From: Eledone cirrhosa | Taxonomy: Eukaryota | DNA length: 64,000 bases | Direction: 5' to 3' | Assembly (NCBI GenBank): GCA_964016885.1 | Contig: OZ024754.1 | Coordinates: 2,232,001-2,296,000, forward strand | Shown: positions 12,499 to 27,461 of the stretch, in pieces | Layout: each line of letters opens with the position of its first letter | How positions within the stretch are numbered: the first letter of the stretch is position 1 | Notes under the pieces: model-generated | What the model was told of the DNA's origin: nothing | The model's database searches: none | The model's input: the letters and a program-made list of their open reading frames with translations, nothing else | Translations under genes and position numbers: made by a program

Positions 12499-14147
12499 AA
12501 AAATAGAGACAGGATCACAAAGGATAGAAACTGAAAATAAAAGGTAGTCCAAGTAAAGTAAAAAAAGCGGAAATAGAGAAAGTAAATAAGACAAACCATT
12601 AGATAGTCTCAGTAAATATTTTGGAACGTAAAGTGAAGTGTATTTGTATTTGTGTCGATATTATGTGCGAGTGTATGTGTATGTTTAAACGTGTGTGTTT
12701 TCTAAAGTATATTGTGTAATGTATCAAAGTTAGTGTGTGTTATGCGTATAGATGGTTGTTTGATGTACGCTTTTGTACGTAGTATAGGTGCATTAGGGTA
12801 CGTGTCTAAATATTCTTTAAATATTTCATTGTACATACTCCAACTGTGTATTGATTGTAAGATCTCCAGAGTTTGTTTTACGTTTTTATATTACATTTCA
12901 TAGTTTTAGTTCTCTATTCAATAAACTGTAGAAAATACTTCTGTGTATGCCTGCCTGACAAACTATGACGGAGTTAAAGAGCCGAACTTGATACCTCTCA
13001 ATATCCAACGGCTGTCTCACTTTAATTATATTCAAACAATGCCTGAATTGATGGAAGTTCTCGTTCTTTAAATAGTGTTAAAATTCGCACCAGTAATTGA
13101 AGCCACAAAAATATACACATTTATCTGGCTTCAATTTTGCGGAAGGTTGAATCAATAAATCTTACTAATTCACCTTAAGCTATTAGTGTTGTTTCATCAT
13201 TGTTTGTCATTGTTTTTATTGCTGTTGGTGGTGATGGTGTTGGTTATGATGGAGATAGTGTTGGTGATAGTGGTTGGTCGCTGTGCTATATATCTTGTTT
13301 TAATTATGTCCGTGTTTTAGATTGTGATTTAAATGTGAAATACGTAACATCCGATTTTAATTGTTCTGTGATATCAGGAAAATGAAATTTCAATCTCAAA
13401 ATATTTCCGAAAAATTGTGGCCTCGTGCATATTTATGAAATTGTTATTCGGAAGACAGTAATGCCCAAGGATTGGTGCTACAGATATAATTTGTAGAAAA
13501 TCGGACAAATTTCAGTTAAGTGGTTTAACATTCTAAGTTCAAATCCTTTAAAGCACAGCTTAAGTTTCTGCTTTCAACATCCTGGAACCCATGTAATCGA
13601 TAATGTGTGACTTTGGGCTTATATTAGAAATCCATATGATGTAATGTCTTACCAAATCTGAAGAACACAGAATTATCTATGTTGAAATACTTCAATACGA
13701 TAACATTAAATCTTCCTTGAATTCACATACTAAATGTGTGGCTAATTACCATTACTTATGCAATAATATGAAAGTCGTTAGAGCTTCTGAGGGAAACAAT
13801 TCTAATGAAGATAACTATAAATAATAGTTGAATAAGTCCCCCTGGAGATGGCAAAATATGAACAGAAAATACTGCGTGAAACGAAACATGGATCTGGAAA
13901 ATGCCATCTCCTCTCTGTGTACAAAACTATCATTTTGGTTTACTTCCCCCAAAAGCTAACGTATTTTTAAATGTCATATTTCATTTGCTTCAATTTTATT
14001 CCACATGTTGTTTGTTGAAGGCATAATTTTAAAACACCTATCCCGACAAAATGAATATTAGTATGGATGTGTATAACTACTGATGGGCATTTTAAAGCTA
14101 GCTGATCCCAGTTGAAGGAGAGAATAACAGCAACATAGAAGGGGCAT

Positions 14148-14224
<77 letters not shown>

Positions 14225-14754
14225 CGAGAGCGAGAGAGAGATGGTGTGTGTGTGTGTGTGAGTGAGTGAGTGAGAGAGAGAGAAAAGACTGAAAAGAATG
14301 AAAGAAAGAAAACAACAAAGCTAAAAGAAAGAAAAAAAGGATGATAAAAAGAAAGAAAGAGAACTTAAGTGAGGTTAAATGACGAAGAATCATTTAAAGA
14401 AAAAAGCCTGCAATTAATATCTGCCTGTAGTACTTGATTCATATATTAAACATGCCATACTTGTATGAAGCTGTGTTGTGATTTGATATAATTGGGAAAA
14501 AAAGCCCTCTCCCATAATTGCTTCTTTCTATTAAATTCCATTATATTAAATTTCATTGTATTCAACTCTTTAGTAATATTGTCTAGGAATTGTCCTTGAG
14601 GCAAACTACAATAACATGCAAGTTTATGAGAGTACGAAGTTTTTTTTTTCTGAAATATAATTATTACCACGATAATGATCATATTTTTGGCTTTCGTCAT
14701 TTTGTAAATGTACCTCTATCCTTTGCACTTGAGTCAATAAAGATATATTAATAA

Positions 14755-14831
<77 letters not shown>

Positions 14832-14832
14832 A

Positions 14833-14869
<37 letters not shown>

Positions 14870-15769
14870 TTTTGTTGTTGCTGTTGTTGTCCTAGTAGGT
14901 AATTTTTTGCCTTTTCTGTTGATTTGGTTTTTGAATACTTCTTCGTGACATTTGCCCTGAACATATATGCAAGGGTTAAGGATGTGATGCGTGTATTTTA
15001 CCTCAGTAACCTATGTATTGAATAATGATAATTGAGTAAATATACAAGAAGAAAAATATATTTAAAATCAAAAAGAAATAAAATAAGATATTTAAAGAAG
15101 ATATATTAAATTACAAGATCGACAATGAGGAGAGAATAAAGAGAAGAGAAGCCACTTATTCTAAGAATGCTTCCAAAGTTACCATTCTCTCATGTACGGA
15201 AGTTCGGTTTGAAACTAGGAATCCTTTTTGAATGAATCTGATTTAATAAATGAACTAACCTCTAGGACAGAAAACCCATTCTAATTTCATGACCTTACTC
15301 AAACATAACGCTAGCAACAACCATACACATTTCGAAAGAAACTATGTATGGAATTTTCCAATTAATTTTTTTTCTAAGAGACAGGAAGAATTGAAAGTAG
15401 AATAACATAGTAAAACAACACAAACAGAACAATTAACTAAAAATATTAAAATAAAAAACACATAACTCGAAAAAAAAAAACAAAAAAAAAACACACGACG
15501 TTTTTCTTTCTCTATTTCTTCTGTTTGGTTATATTTTTTAACTCAATTTCAAATAATACTCTAAAATTAATTAGATTTTCTGTAGAAATTAATTTAAATT
15601 ATCAACAACTACAAGAAGAACAACAACAATAACAACAAAACAAAACAAACATATGAACATAAAAAATAGAAATACATGCACACGCACACAGAGACACAAA
15701 CACAAACATAAACACAAATATAAATTCACATATACACACACATACACAGATTCACATATACAAACACAG

Positions 15770-15910
15770 ACACATAAATTCACATATATAGACACACACC
15801 AACACACAGACATAAATTCACATATACACGCACAGATACATAAATTCACATATACACGCACAGATACATAAATTCACATATACACGCACAGATACATAAA
15901 TTCGTATATG
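15770..15910. repeat. About 28 bp minisatellite (ACATAAATTCACATATACACGCACAGAT)
   Basis: About three near-exact tandem units plus degenerate flanking units. Confidence 0.8.
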
Positions 15911-15969
15911 CACACACATAGACAGACACCAACACACAAACACATATAAATTCACACACACACACACAC

Positions 15970-16044
<75 letters not shown>

Positions 16045-16403
16045 TAAATTCCCATATACACACACAGACACACACTCAAGAAATATTTTTAAAAAAATAA
16101 ACGAAAGAAAATAAATTTTAAAATATCGTTTTACAATTTCTAATTCGTGCTTTCTTGCACACGGTTAGAATTTTAATGTGAAACTCGAAGCTCGAAATGA
16201 AATCGTTGCTAGAAAAATAACATATTTCTTAATTAGGCTTCAACAACATCATTGCCCACACTTGAAAAGAGGAAATGAACTTTTAAGGAAGCAGTATAAA
16301 TTAGTTGAACTATATATAATACTCCACATAAAGCTGGTTCAAACTTCTTAGAATTCCCGACAATAGATTGGATATAGTGTATATTTGTTTTAGTGATTTT
16401 CTT

Positions 16404-16456
<53 letters not shown>

Positions 16457-18080
16457 GTTTTTATGCCGATTTCTCATGCAATTTAGAAACAATGATATCA
16501 ATACTGAACAAGGAGCTGGATATTATGAAGTGGTGATACATGAGAGAATCAGCATCGTGTCAGCCATAATACATTGCAGTTCTATTGTCTATTGTTATAG
16601 CGCTCTAAGATCCAAGTTCAAACCCGGATTGTGTCCAATTTTTGTTTCGTATTTTCATGATCCATAAAATAATTTCAATGATATACAGTAAAATGAATAT
16701 ACTACAATCGCGATATAGAAATCATAGAATACAATATAATTATTATATTATAACCGAGTATATTATATTTATTCTAATTGATAAACCATATATGCTGTAT
16801 ATACTACACCTCTGTTAAAAGTATTTTCTATTATGATAGATAACCTAACACGTTCTATATTTTGTACATACTAGTCCAGAATATTTTAAATACAATTACT
16901 CCGGATAATGGTATTACTATTTGTCAGGATATTGGATTAGGTATTCCCATTTCCATTATAAATATTTGAATATAATAAGTCCGCATTTTTAATATAGTTT
17001 TCGAGTTCACTGTTGAATTACACAATCCCTCCAAAACAGGATGTACTCAATATTTATATAGGTAAAGTCTTTAAACTTATGAATGTTAAATATGTTACAT
17101 GTATATGTTAATTTGATATTTGTCCCATAATGTTTGGTAAAATATTACACACAATTTTAGTACCAATGTATCTTAGTGTTTACAATTTAATTCTTTCTGT
17201 AATTAACATATTTTACATTTGTTTTGTACAGCTATAATTATACTACAGAAAGCAGTGAAAACTCATGTTTTCATAGCCACAAATATATAATGTTTATTTT
17301 ACAGCTAAAACAATGGATGGTACAATAGTTACTGCAGTGAGAATTCAATTTGGAACATAGAATTATAGAGCTTCTTACGGCTAAGCTAATAAGTGTAAAT
17401 GTTATATATTGTTGCACAACTTGCTAGAAAGATAAGCTAAATTTCCCTCAAATCAAACCATACCATCTTCAAAAAGATAAAATCGATTTAGTTAATATAG
17501 TCGTAGATATGCTGAAAATTTTGTATTAACGATCTTCATGACTCTGCTGAATCTGGTTTAAATTGGGTGGGTTAAAACTATAAGTTCATTCGGTAAGAGA
17601 TACGGAAAGCTGACACTATGTTGTCGCAGGACAAATTGAGTTCACAAAAAATAATAGAGCCATTGAAGAAATATTTATGAGTAGAAATAAGTTCTTTATA
17701 TAATATATCTGCGAACTATCATATGCAAATAAACATTGAACATAGCAGGAGTGTCATGTATTCAAACTATAAAGATACATAGCTATATAAACATTGAATT
17801 CTGAATGAAAGAATGTCAAGTGAAATCTGTGAAGAAACAAACGTTAACTTTATATTCTAATTACGAGAATCATTCAAATTACTTCTTTGTTTGACTGACA
17901 TCAAGAGAGAAATAATTGACATACTACATACTTATTTGTATAAAGAGATGTACAGACATACACAATGAACACAAGCATATAAAAAGAAACAGAAAGGCGG
18001 GCTAGGGATTGCGCATAGATAGACACACAAACAAAGATATACATATGTGAATTCTCATAAAATTGCAGGAATCTCAGGGG

Positions 18081-18163
<83 letters not shown>

Positions 18164-18178
18164 GATATAGATATATAT

Positions 18179-18280
18179 CAGAATGGGGGCGGTAAAAACC
18201 AGTTAGTCCATTACTCACCAGAGTACTCGATACTTAGGGTAGTAGAGTGGGTAATGTGAAAGATTTGGGGTCCTGATTTT
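18179..18280. mobile_element. Diverged family A fragment
   Basis: CACCAGAGTACTCGATACTTAGGGTAGTAGAGTGGGTAAT matches the family A long arm. Confidence 0.75.
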
Positions 18281-18306
18281 TCATACACACACACACAGAC
18301 ACATAG

Positions 18307-18394
<88 letters not shown>

Positions 18395-18977
18395 CAACTT
18401 TTTGTCTCACTAACGTCAGAATGGTTTTATACGAACTGATATGGTGAAACAATTGTTCTCGGTATGGAGAACTAACTGTTGTGTTATTACTTCTATATAT
18501 ATAAATATATAATTGAGAGATGGAGAGAGAGGGGCGGGGCGAGAGGTCTGTGTATATTTATTGTTTTATGTGTGTGTTGTCATGTGGCGTGGTAGGGGTC
18601 GGTGTTGTAATGGAATTCTATATGACACGAGCTTAGCAACGTTACACTGTCATAATACCCACAATGGTGGATGTGATATATATTACAATATTGCTTTCTC
18701 TTCATACAAACGGCATTTTTGTTGAATACTTAATTGTCCTGAAACGTAGAACCTTTAAATAAATATATAGATATATATAATATCACTAAATCCTTTGTTT
18801 CAATACAGAAGTGCCTGACACACAAAACACGGTCGTGTTATAATCTGGAATTAATTAATACTTGTTAACAGTGTGTCGTGTTTGTTGTTAGAGACAATAA
18901 CTTTTTTCTGGAATTTAGTGGCTCTTCTTATTTTTTAAAGTTGTCCCTAATGTTTTCTGAATCACATTTAATAATCG

Positions 18978-19013
<36 letters not shown>

Positions 19014-19015
<2 letters not shown>

Positions 19016-19201
19016 CAAAGGAATTATGGTAAGGATCCAGATGGACCATAACGCACCAGAGTACTCAATACTTAGGGTAGTAGAGTGGGAAATAGGAAAA
19101 AGTATGACCCCGACGGCAGAGCTCAAGCCGTTTCGACGGCTATTTCATTTGGAAATAGCCGTCGAAATGGCTTGAGCTCTGCCGTCGGGGTCATACTTTT
19201 T

Positions 19202-19206
<5 letters not shown>
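19014..19206. mobile_element. Family A fold-back element in (TA)n
   Basis: Long arm, centre CTATTTC-atttg-GAAATAG, and a short arm ending TTTTCCTAT; (TA)n on both sides. Confidence 0.9.
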
Positions 19207-19284
<78 letters not shown>

Positions 19285-19289
19285 GTATA

Positions 19290-19321
<32 letters not shown>

Positions 19322-19404
19322 CGCGTGTATGTGTGTGCGTGCGTGCGTGCCTGCATGTATAAGCATAATTATACAAACACCACACATGCACACACACACA
19401 CACC

Positions 19405-19459
<55 letters not shown>

Positions 19460-20166
19460 CATATAAATATAAAAATAAGAGAGAAGGAGGTTTATATAGG
19501 GATCAAAATTATATATACATGCATGTATATAATAAAAAGAATGACGAACTCAGAGGTACAAAAACAATTACTACTATTAGGTTCAGGCTTTGAATGTAGG
19601 GGAAAAGTGTTCAAATGTGTGTGTGTGGGGGGGTGTTAGAATGTAACTGAAGCTAATAGAAGTCTTTGTTATAGATAATCTATATTATAAAGACATATAC
19701 ATGTCTTCATCAAAACAGATATATAACGTGGTATTTCGACAATTCCCACAATTAGTGATACATGAAGGACGTATTTTAAATAATATGTTGATATATTACA
19801 CGTATAATAAGTAATATAATATAGTAAATATCATATTTGTTCATTCAATTAATATATTATCGCATGTGAGCGTATCTACAAGAGATTGCCTTTGCGTGGG
19901 AAATTGAGGAAACGACAGTTTCGTTCTTGTAGGGCTTACTTTAATTCTTACAGGTTGTTAATTAAAACCACCATATTTTAATTAATTATATGTCAATCAC
20001 ATTCAGAGGTGTACAATGGATAATCAAATTTAGTTTCTTCTTCAAGTATTTAAAAGCTGAATTAATAGTTCCGCAATAGCGCCATTACATTTCTACGCCT
20101 CTGCCTGTGTTTTGTAATAAGAATTCTAATTTTACGATATGTGAAGAAAATTAATTCAATTTTCCT

Positions 20167-20253
20167 CCAAGTTATATGTATTAAGATTCCAAGTTATATG
20201 TATTAAGATTCCAAGTTATATGTATTAAGATTCCAAGTTATATGTATTAAGAT
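20167..20253. repeat. 22 bp tandem repeat, about 4 copies (CCAAGTTATATGTATTAAGATT)
   Basis: Exact tandem units with no spacers. Confidence 0.95.
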
Positions 20254-20400
20254 ATATAAATGACGCCATTAGTAAATTTCTGAACGATAATAGCATCCTC
20301 TTGATTTTCTTCAGATCAAACCCGAAGTAGATGACAAATATATATATAACAAAGAAAGTGTTTATTTTGAAGACAGCGAGCGGAGTTTAAAATTTAATAG

Positions 20401-20565
20401 AAATAGAAGCTTTCGGCGTATTTTTACTAAAGAAATTAGCCTTCTAGTGGGGTTTTAAAACCCTCTGAATGGAAAAGGATGAGTATTGACGTTCCATTCA
20501 GAGGGTTTTAAAGGCCCATTATCAGGTTAATTTCTTTAGTCAAAATACAGCGAAAGCTTCTATTT
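20401..20565. repeat. Imperfect palindrome (about 74 bp arms, 17 nt loop) beside (TA)n
   Basis: AAATAGAAGCTTTCG...CCCTCTGAATGGAA pairs with TTCCATTCAGAGGG...CGAAAGCTTCTATTT. Confidence 0.85.
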
Positions 20566-20576
20566 TTACTCAATTC

Positions 20577-20626
<50 letters not shown>

Positions 20627-20628
20627 TA

Positions 20629-20707
20629 TTACCCACTCTACTACCCTAAGTATTGAGTACTTTGGTGCGTTATGGTCTACCTGGTTCCTTACCACATTTC
20701 CTTCGTT
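20629..20707. mobile_element. Isolated family A tail module between (TA)n tracts
   Basis: TTACCCACTCTACTACCCTAAG...CATTTCCTTCGTT is the reverse complement of the unpaired part of the long arm. Confidence 0.9.
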
Positions 20708-22321
20708 ATACATATATATATATATATATATATTTCCCCAATCTCGGTTATTGTTGGTGTTGTTGTTTAGCTGTAAGTCAATTCTGATCTAACCGACATA
20801 TTACATTTATCATGTACTATATTATCCAGGCTAACCCATTCAACTTTAGATAATAATGTGTTTTCATTTGAGGAAGATTTCTCTGCTATTTCTAACGGTA
20901 CGAGCAACATACTGTTTCAATATCACTACTACTACTACTAATGCTATTATTATTATTATCATTATTATTATTGTTGTTGTTGTTGTTTCTTGTAAATGTA
21001 TAGAATGTCTTTTGACCCTCACAGACGCTTCCGGTTAATTTGACTTAAATCCCGATTAAGAAGCAGTTATCTCTCTTTAAGATCAAAGCCATTTATGTCA
21101 AAACAACAAGCGCTGCCATTTGTAAATGTTTCCCTACATGAAAGGAATTGTGACTAAGGTGATCAGAAGAGCCTAACTTTCTTATTCAGATATTGACCTC
21201 TAAAGAGAATCAGAACAAAGTGTTCAAGAGAAATAACAGGAAGAGAAAGAGTTAGCTTGATTAACTATAGTCGATGTAGGGATAAAATTTGACAGTGAAA
21301 GAAAGATGAAAAAAAGGAAGAAAAAGACATTGCACGAACAATTTAGTAAGAGAATTGGGATCAAATAAATATTATGAGGTGGGGAGAAGTAAACATAGAA
21401 TGTATTGAATAGGAAGGATTTATGAAAGGAGAGAGAACGAGAAATTTATATATATATTATTGAGAGAGAGTGAGTGCGAGAGGGAGTGAGAAAGGGAGAG
21501 AATGAGAGAAAGATGGAATAAAAGGGAAAGCTATTAACAGTGATAGAGAGGGACTGGTTTGAAGATTAGAGCAAAAAATTACCAGAAAGAAAAATAATTA
21601 GAGAAATGGTCAGGCAAAAAACAGAAAATAAAGAAAGATATAAATAAATTCTGAAGTGAGAGAGAAGGAATTGAATGCAAGGAAAAGGGGAAGAAAATAT
21701 AAAATGAGGTGAGAATGAGTGTTGATATTATGGGAGCGATCGTAAGTGATAAAAGCATAACGAGTTTAGGGAATCGAGTGGAAAGAAGCGAGAGAAATAA
21801 CCTGAATAGTAGAGTGTGATTGAGTTTAAAGATAAAAATACGATGGAAGGAGAAGATAACAATTAATGCAAAAAGAAAAAAAGAGCAGGATTAAATTTAT
21901 TCAAATAATAATAGTTTTAAACATTTCAAAATGAAATTAATGAATTCATATTCTTGTAAAAATGAAATTAGAAAGACAGAAAAAAAAGACGACAAAATCT
22001 TTCCCCTTAACCCCATCAAGATAAACATGAACAAACACAAATAAAGAGAAAGAATTGTTTATTTTATGAACGTTCTTAAGTTTAATATTTGAGTTTTTGA
22101 TACTATCAATTTGCATTCATTTATACAAACATTACGAGGAGCAACACTTGCAAGGTTTTTTTTTTGATGTTTTTATTTTGAATTATGGTTCGGCTTTCCT
22201 CTTACGCCAAGCACAAATGAAAGCAAAGATGCATATATGCAAAAACAGAACAAACTCACGTACAGTTAACGTCTCACACAAAGAGACAGACACACTAACA
22301 GCATCTCTGCCTGCCACCGCC

Positions 22322-22409
<88 letters not shown>

Positions 22410-22419
22410 TAATTTATTA

Positions 22420-22469
22420 ATTCGACGTACTGAGTTTCACCTGCACACTCATTGGATCATCAGAGAATA
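22420..22469 (-). ncRNA. Hammerhead-like fold with downstream AATAAA, between microsatellites
   Basis: The minus strand reads TATTCT-CTGATGA-tccaatgagtgtgcaggt-GAAAC-tcagtac-GTC-GAATTAATAAA, with an intact core and a GUC triplet. Confidence 0.6.
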
Positions 22470-22479
22470 AATAAATAAG

Positions 22480-22540
<61 letters not shown>

Positions 22541-22561
22541 GTGTGTATATATATATATGCG

Positions 22562-22715
<154 letters not shown>

Positions 22716-25562
22716 GTGTGGTGTGTGTGGTGGGGTATATGTGTGTGCATAACATTGGCTAGAATTAAGTGGTAACAATAGTAAGGAAATCAATGTTTTC
22801 CGTACAGAACTGAAGGGAGCTGCTGCACCATGGTGCGATGCAATCACATTACCAGTCATGACTGTAAATCACTTTTTCGAAAAATACAGTTCCAGATAAG
22901 CTAAAACGGCAAATCACTCTCACTGATTACCTGCAAACACACACACATATTCCTATATATACATATATATATATATATATGCACATATATATGTATATAT
23001 ATGTATATATATATATAGGTACATATGTATGTATATACATGTAATTATATTGCATATGAGAGAAAGAAAAAATATATGGCTGATGTGGTCGTAGTTCTTT
23101 TTTTGATAGTTTTTGTTTTGTCTACATCAACCATTATTGGACAAGACTATGATCAAAGGTGTTACTTCATAAATCATCTGCACTTTAGTGGTAATCTACA
23201 CTTACATTATCTAATGTTTCTTTTCTTTTTTTAAAATGTCAAGGTGTCATTTTAGGTCATTTCCTTTCCTATTTATAGTAGGCTAACAAACCACATATAC
23301 ATGTCTCCCCTGTTTCTTCCTAGGTTGTGTCATGCTAGTTTTTGTCGGAGTTATTTCTGTTATGTCCAATGGCAGTTTGTTTTTTTCTTCTATTCTTTGT
23401 TTGTAAACTTTATTTCTAAACACTCTGGCTAGAATCAGCCACAAACTACTGAGACTGTGGAATGTCTGAAGCAGCAGTCAGTTGTCCAACATATATTGTG
23501 CTGTGTTCATATTCACGTGGAATCAACCTTGCATTTCATCATGCATCGTTTGGCAGAAGCAGTATCAGCCAATTAGTGAGGTCCAACTCAATCGATTAAA
23601 CTATCCCCTAAATATTTAGGCCCTCTGCTTTTTTAAGAAATCCTGATTGATGTTACTCGTAAAGGGATTTCGGCAAACAGTTTCTTTCTCGTGGTGGTTG
23701 TTGTTGCTGTTGTTGCTGTTGTTTTTGTGGTTGTTGTTTAATTTACAGCGTGACTTTCATTATTTCAAGGTTGATAAAAGAACGATCACATCATTGCTGG
23801 GGTCGGGTCTTCGTTCTGCGTTAAATTTGTCAGACAGAAACTGCTTTGAAGCCCATTGGGTTCTCTGTAATTGTATATGAAAGGACCAGCCATGTCACAC
23901 ACTATGCCACTTTAACTCGTAGAATTACTTTAATAGAATACATGCCAGTAGAATGCGCAGCCACTTCTAGAATATTTTTTTGATATCCCTGTCTCTGAGT
24001 TCAAATCTCACAGAAATCACATTCGCCTTTCCGCCTCTCAATATAAAAAGTACAAGTCTAGTACTTGGGTCGATTCTTCATCTTTATCTCTTTCTCACAT
24101 TCTCTAACTTTCTATCCTTCTTGTTATTTTAGTTTAAACCAACTGAGGGAGATGTCTCAATAATCAGTCCGAGAAATGTCCGCCTGATTTAAATATGCTA
24201 AGATGTTTTTAATGCAAGTAAACAGATTTCTTAGCCACAAGCTATACACAATTTCAAGTTTATATATAGATATAATTTTGGCTTTTTTCATATCTGGAAG
24301 ATATAATTTTAAATAATTTTTAGAAACATAATTTTGGAGTAAAACTGCAACAAATAGAGTAATTTGAGGGAACTTTATTGATGTATCACACAGGCGTTAC
24401 AACCGAAGGAAATCGATATTTCAAAGTCTGCCACAACATCTAATATAAAAATAGTCATGTGACACATCTTCAGTGGGCCCTAATAGAGGTTACCCTCTGC
24501 GAATAATCCATCTGGATATCAAAGCGAGACCAAACCAACTCATGAATATTATCCAACCATCTTGATCGTGGTCTACACGTGAAATCCCAGCTGGTTGGCT
24601 TGGCCCCTAAAATCTGTCCAGTGACCTCTACTGATATATACTCTATCCCTACATTCGATTATTTCATCGTAATTGAAATAGAACATTATATTATATAATT
24701 GTTGAATTGCTTCTTAATATTTTGGATAATTTCAGAAACTTCCAAAAGATAATCCCTGTCACACTTTTTTACCCTTCCATTTAACCACGGAAAAAATACC
24801 TTTCTGATTTTGTTCAGGCTCTTTGGGCTCTGTATTCAAATGCGACCGATTTTAGCTTTGCCTGTCATCCCACAAGGTTTGATAATTAATATACTAACAA
24901 AGTAATTATTTCATTCACCCCCTCATTCGTTATATCTGGTAGAAATCGGCTACGATCAGTCCTTGAGATCGTCAGAGTCCACCGCATTTAAAACCCCTAT
25001 CCATACTATATGTCACAATGACATCTATACTATTCATTAGGAGTTGCTATTTCAAAGAAAGGACGATTTTAATCTCATGTTTTCTAGAAAGAATTAAAAA
25101 GTTATTCCATTATTTTATTGATTCTATTTATAGAATTTTGGCTCAATTACCTCTCTTACAGCAAATCCTTGTAGGATAAACATGGAAAGCTATATTACAA
25201 TACATTTGAATTAGGCAAACTGATGTCTCCAATATATCCAATATATATATATTTTCCATGTATGATATCTTAAGAAGGTTAAATAGTTATATTGGGAATG
25301 TACAGAGTATATTGACATATAATCATTCACCGAAAAGATTAATATCTGCAGTGAAACACAAGTACATTTACTTTCTAAATGTAACTTAAAATAATGCATC
25401 AACTAGAGACTTATACATGTATAATAATAGACTGGATTGTAACTACATTTTAAGATTAAAATTTAAAATGTTCAAGGAATAATAAAACTTGGAAAGAAGT
25501 AGAGTGATAGAAAAACAAACATATAGAACTTAAAGTAAATATAAATGCATGCGCCACAAACG

Positions 25563-25599
<37 letters not shown>

Positions 25600-25939
25600 C
25601 ACCCATGGAAACATATATAGACAGACAAAATAAAACGTAAGACGAAGTGAAAGATGAAGATAGATGAAAAATGAAAAACAGATGAAGTAAAAAGTATAAT
25701 TGAAATGAAAAGTAGTGTTGGAGAATATAAGGTTAGCAAGTAAGTAAACAGGAAAGCAAAGTTAAATTCCGAGGTTCAATCTGATGCAGAACTGTATTTA
25801 GGTTTTGAGGTAGATTGAACATATACGTAAATACCTACCTACATGAATTCACACACACACATACAGGCGCGCGCGATAGATATATAGATAGATAAACAAA
25901 ATTGATGGATTCATTCAGTGAGTTATGGCTCTCCCTCTT

Positions 25940-25989
<50 letters not shown>

Positions 25990-26082
25990 CATATATATAT
26001 ATATATAATGTATAATAAACAATACAATATAATTACCTCATTACCAAAGGTTTCCCGAATAAGACGAATACGAAAGAAACGT

Positions 26083-26190
<108 letters not shown>

Positions 26191-26491
26191 TATATACATA
26201 TATAACCAAAGATTAATATGGTTCATTGATCATTCAATGAATATAGTTTTACAATAGATTAAAAGCACTCTAAAGTGAAGTTTTCTGGAGTTATTAATAT
26301 TATTCAAAATATTAATGAATACTCTGCCAATACTGGAATTGAAGCATCAAGACCGTTGAGGTATGTCATACATCAATTCATTCATGTATTTTATCTGACG
26401 AGGACGTACTGAAAAAACAGCACAGTACCTTCGAAATATATACAATAAAACATACATTTTGATCATGTGAATGTCTTCATTTATTAATATT

Positions 26492-26555
<64 letters not shown>

Positions 26556-26720
26556 GTATATATACATATATATATACACATATATATATAGTTGTAAAAG
26601 GGGGTAATATCCAATATTATAATCAGAGATTATAGATGAAAATCAAAAGTGATAAGTACAAGAACTGAAACCAAAACAATATAAGACAGACATATGTGTA
26701 TATAGTAATAAGAAATCTGA

Positions 26721-26860
26721 AGACTAAAATCTGAAGAAGGCTCGATAAGGATTATATATATATAATATATATATAAACCCGTAGAGCAAATATTTATTAT
26801 ATTTACAGAAGATCCTGTTAAGGGTGGAAGCACCCATTCTTTGCTTAAACTTTAATATGC
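26721..26860 (+). mobile_element. Family B PLE-like terminus with two degenerate HHR-like motifs
   Basis: CTGAAGAAGGCTC...(TA hairpin)...GAGC, then CAGAAGATCCTGTTAAGGGTGGAAGC...TTCTTTGCTTAAACTTTAAT. Homologues lie at 2226-2268, 30425-30495, 31509-31650 and 58611-58717. Confidence 0.65.
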
Positions 26861-26862
26861 TC

Positions 26863-26952
<90 letters not shown>

Positions 26953-27142
26953 AGTGGAAGCTTAGTAAAATCGAAGCTTTGGCCGTGGCCAAGCAAAGTC
27001 GACCTATAAGTAGGAATGAGTAGCAAAGCACTCAATAAGGGTAGGTAGGTCCTTAGAGTAATAACATTACGTTTACAAATTGAAAATTGCGGCAGGCAAA
27101 ACCCAACCATACAATACCAAAACAACGAAAAAGCTAATCAGG

Positions 27143-27226
<84 letters not shown>

Positions 27227-27229
<3 letters not shown>

Positions 27230-27408
27230 AGGAAATGTGGTAAGGAACCAGATGGACCATAACGCACCAAAGTACTCAATACTTAGGGTAGTAGAGTGGG
27301 TAATAAGAACGAGTAGGACCCCGACGGCTCAGCTCAAGCCGTTTCGACGGCTAATTCTGAATTAGCCGACGAAACGGCTTGAGCTCAGCCGTCGGGGTCC
27401 TACTCGTT

Positions 27409-27413
<5 letters not shown>
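27227..27413. mobile_element. Family A fold-back element in (TA)n
   Basis: Centre CTAATTC-t-GAATTAG and a short arm ending TCGTTCCTAT. Confidence 0.9.

Positions 27414-27461
<48 letters not shown>

Noticed and set aside
12740-12960. Possible PLE GIY-YIG C-terminus upstream of the 12461 HHR motif
   Set aside because: The minus-strand translation has stops and no recognisable motif.
20167-20253. 22 bp repeats as CRISPR
   Set aside because: Head-to-tail units with no spacers; an ordinary minisatellite.
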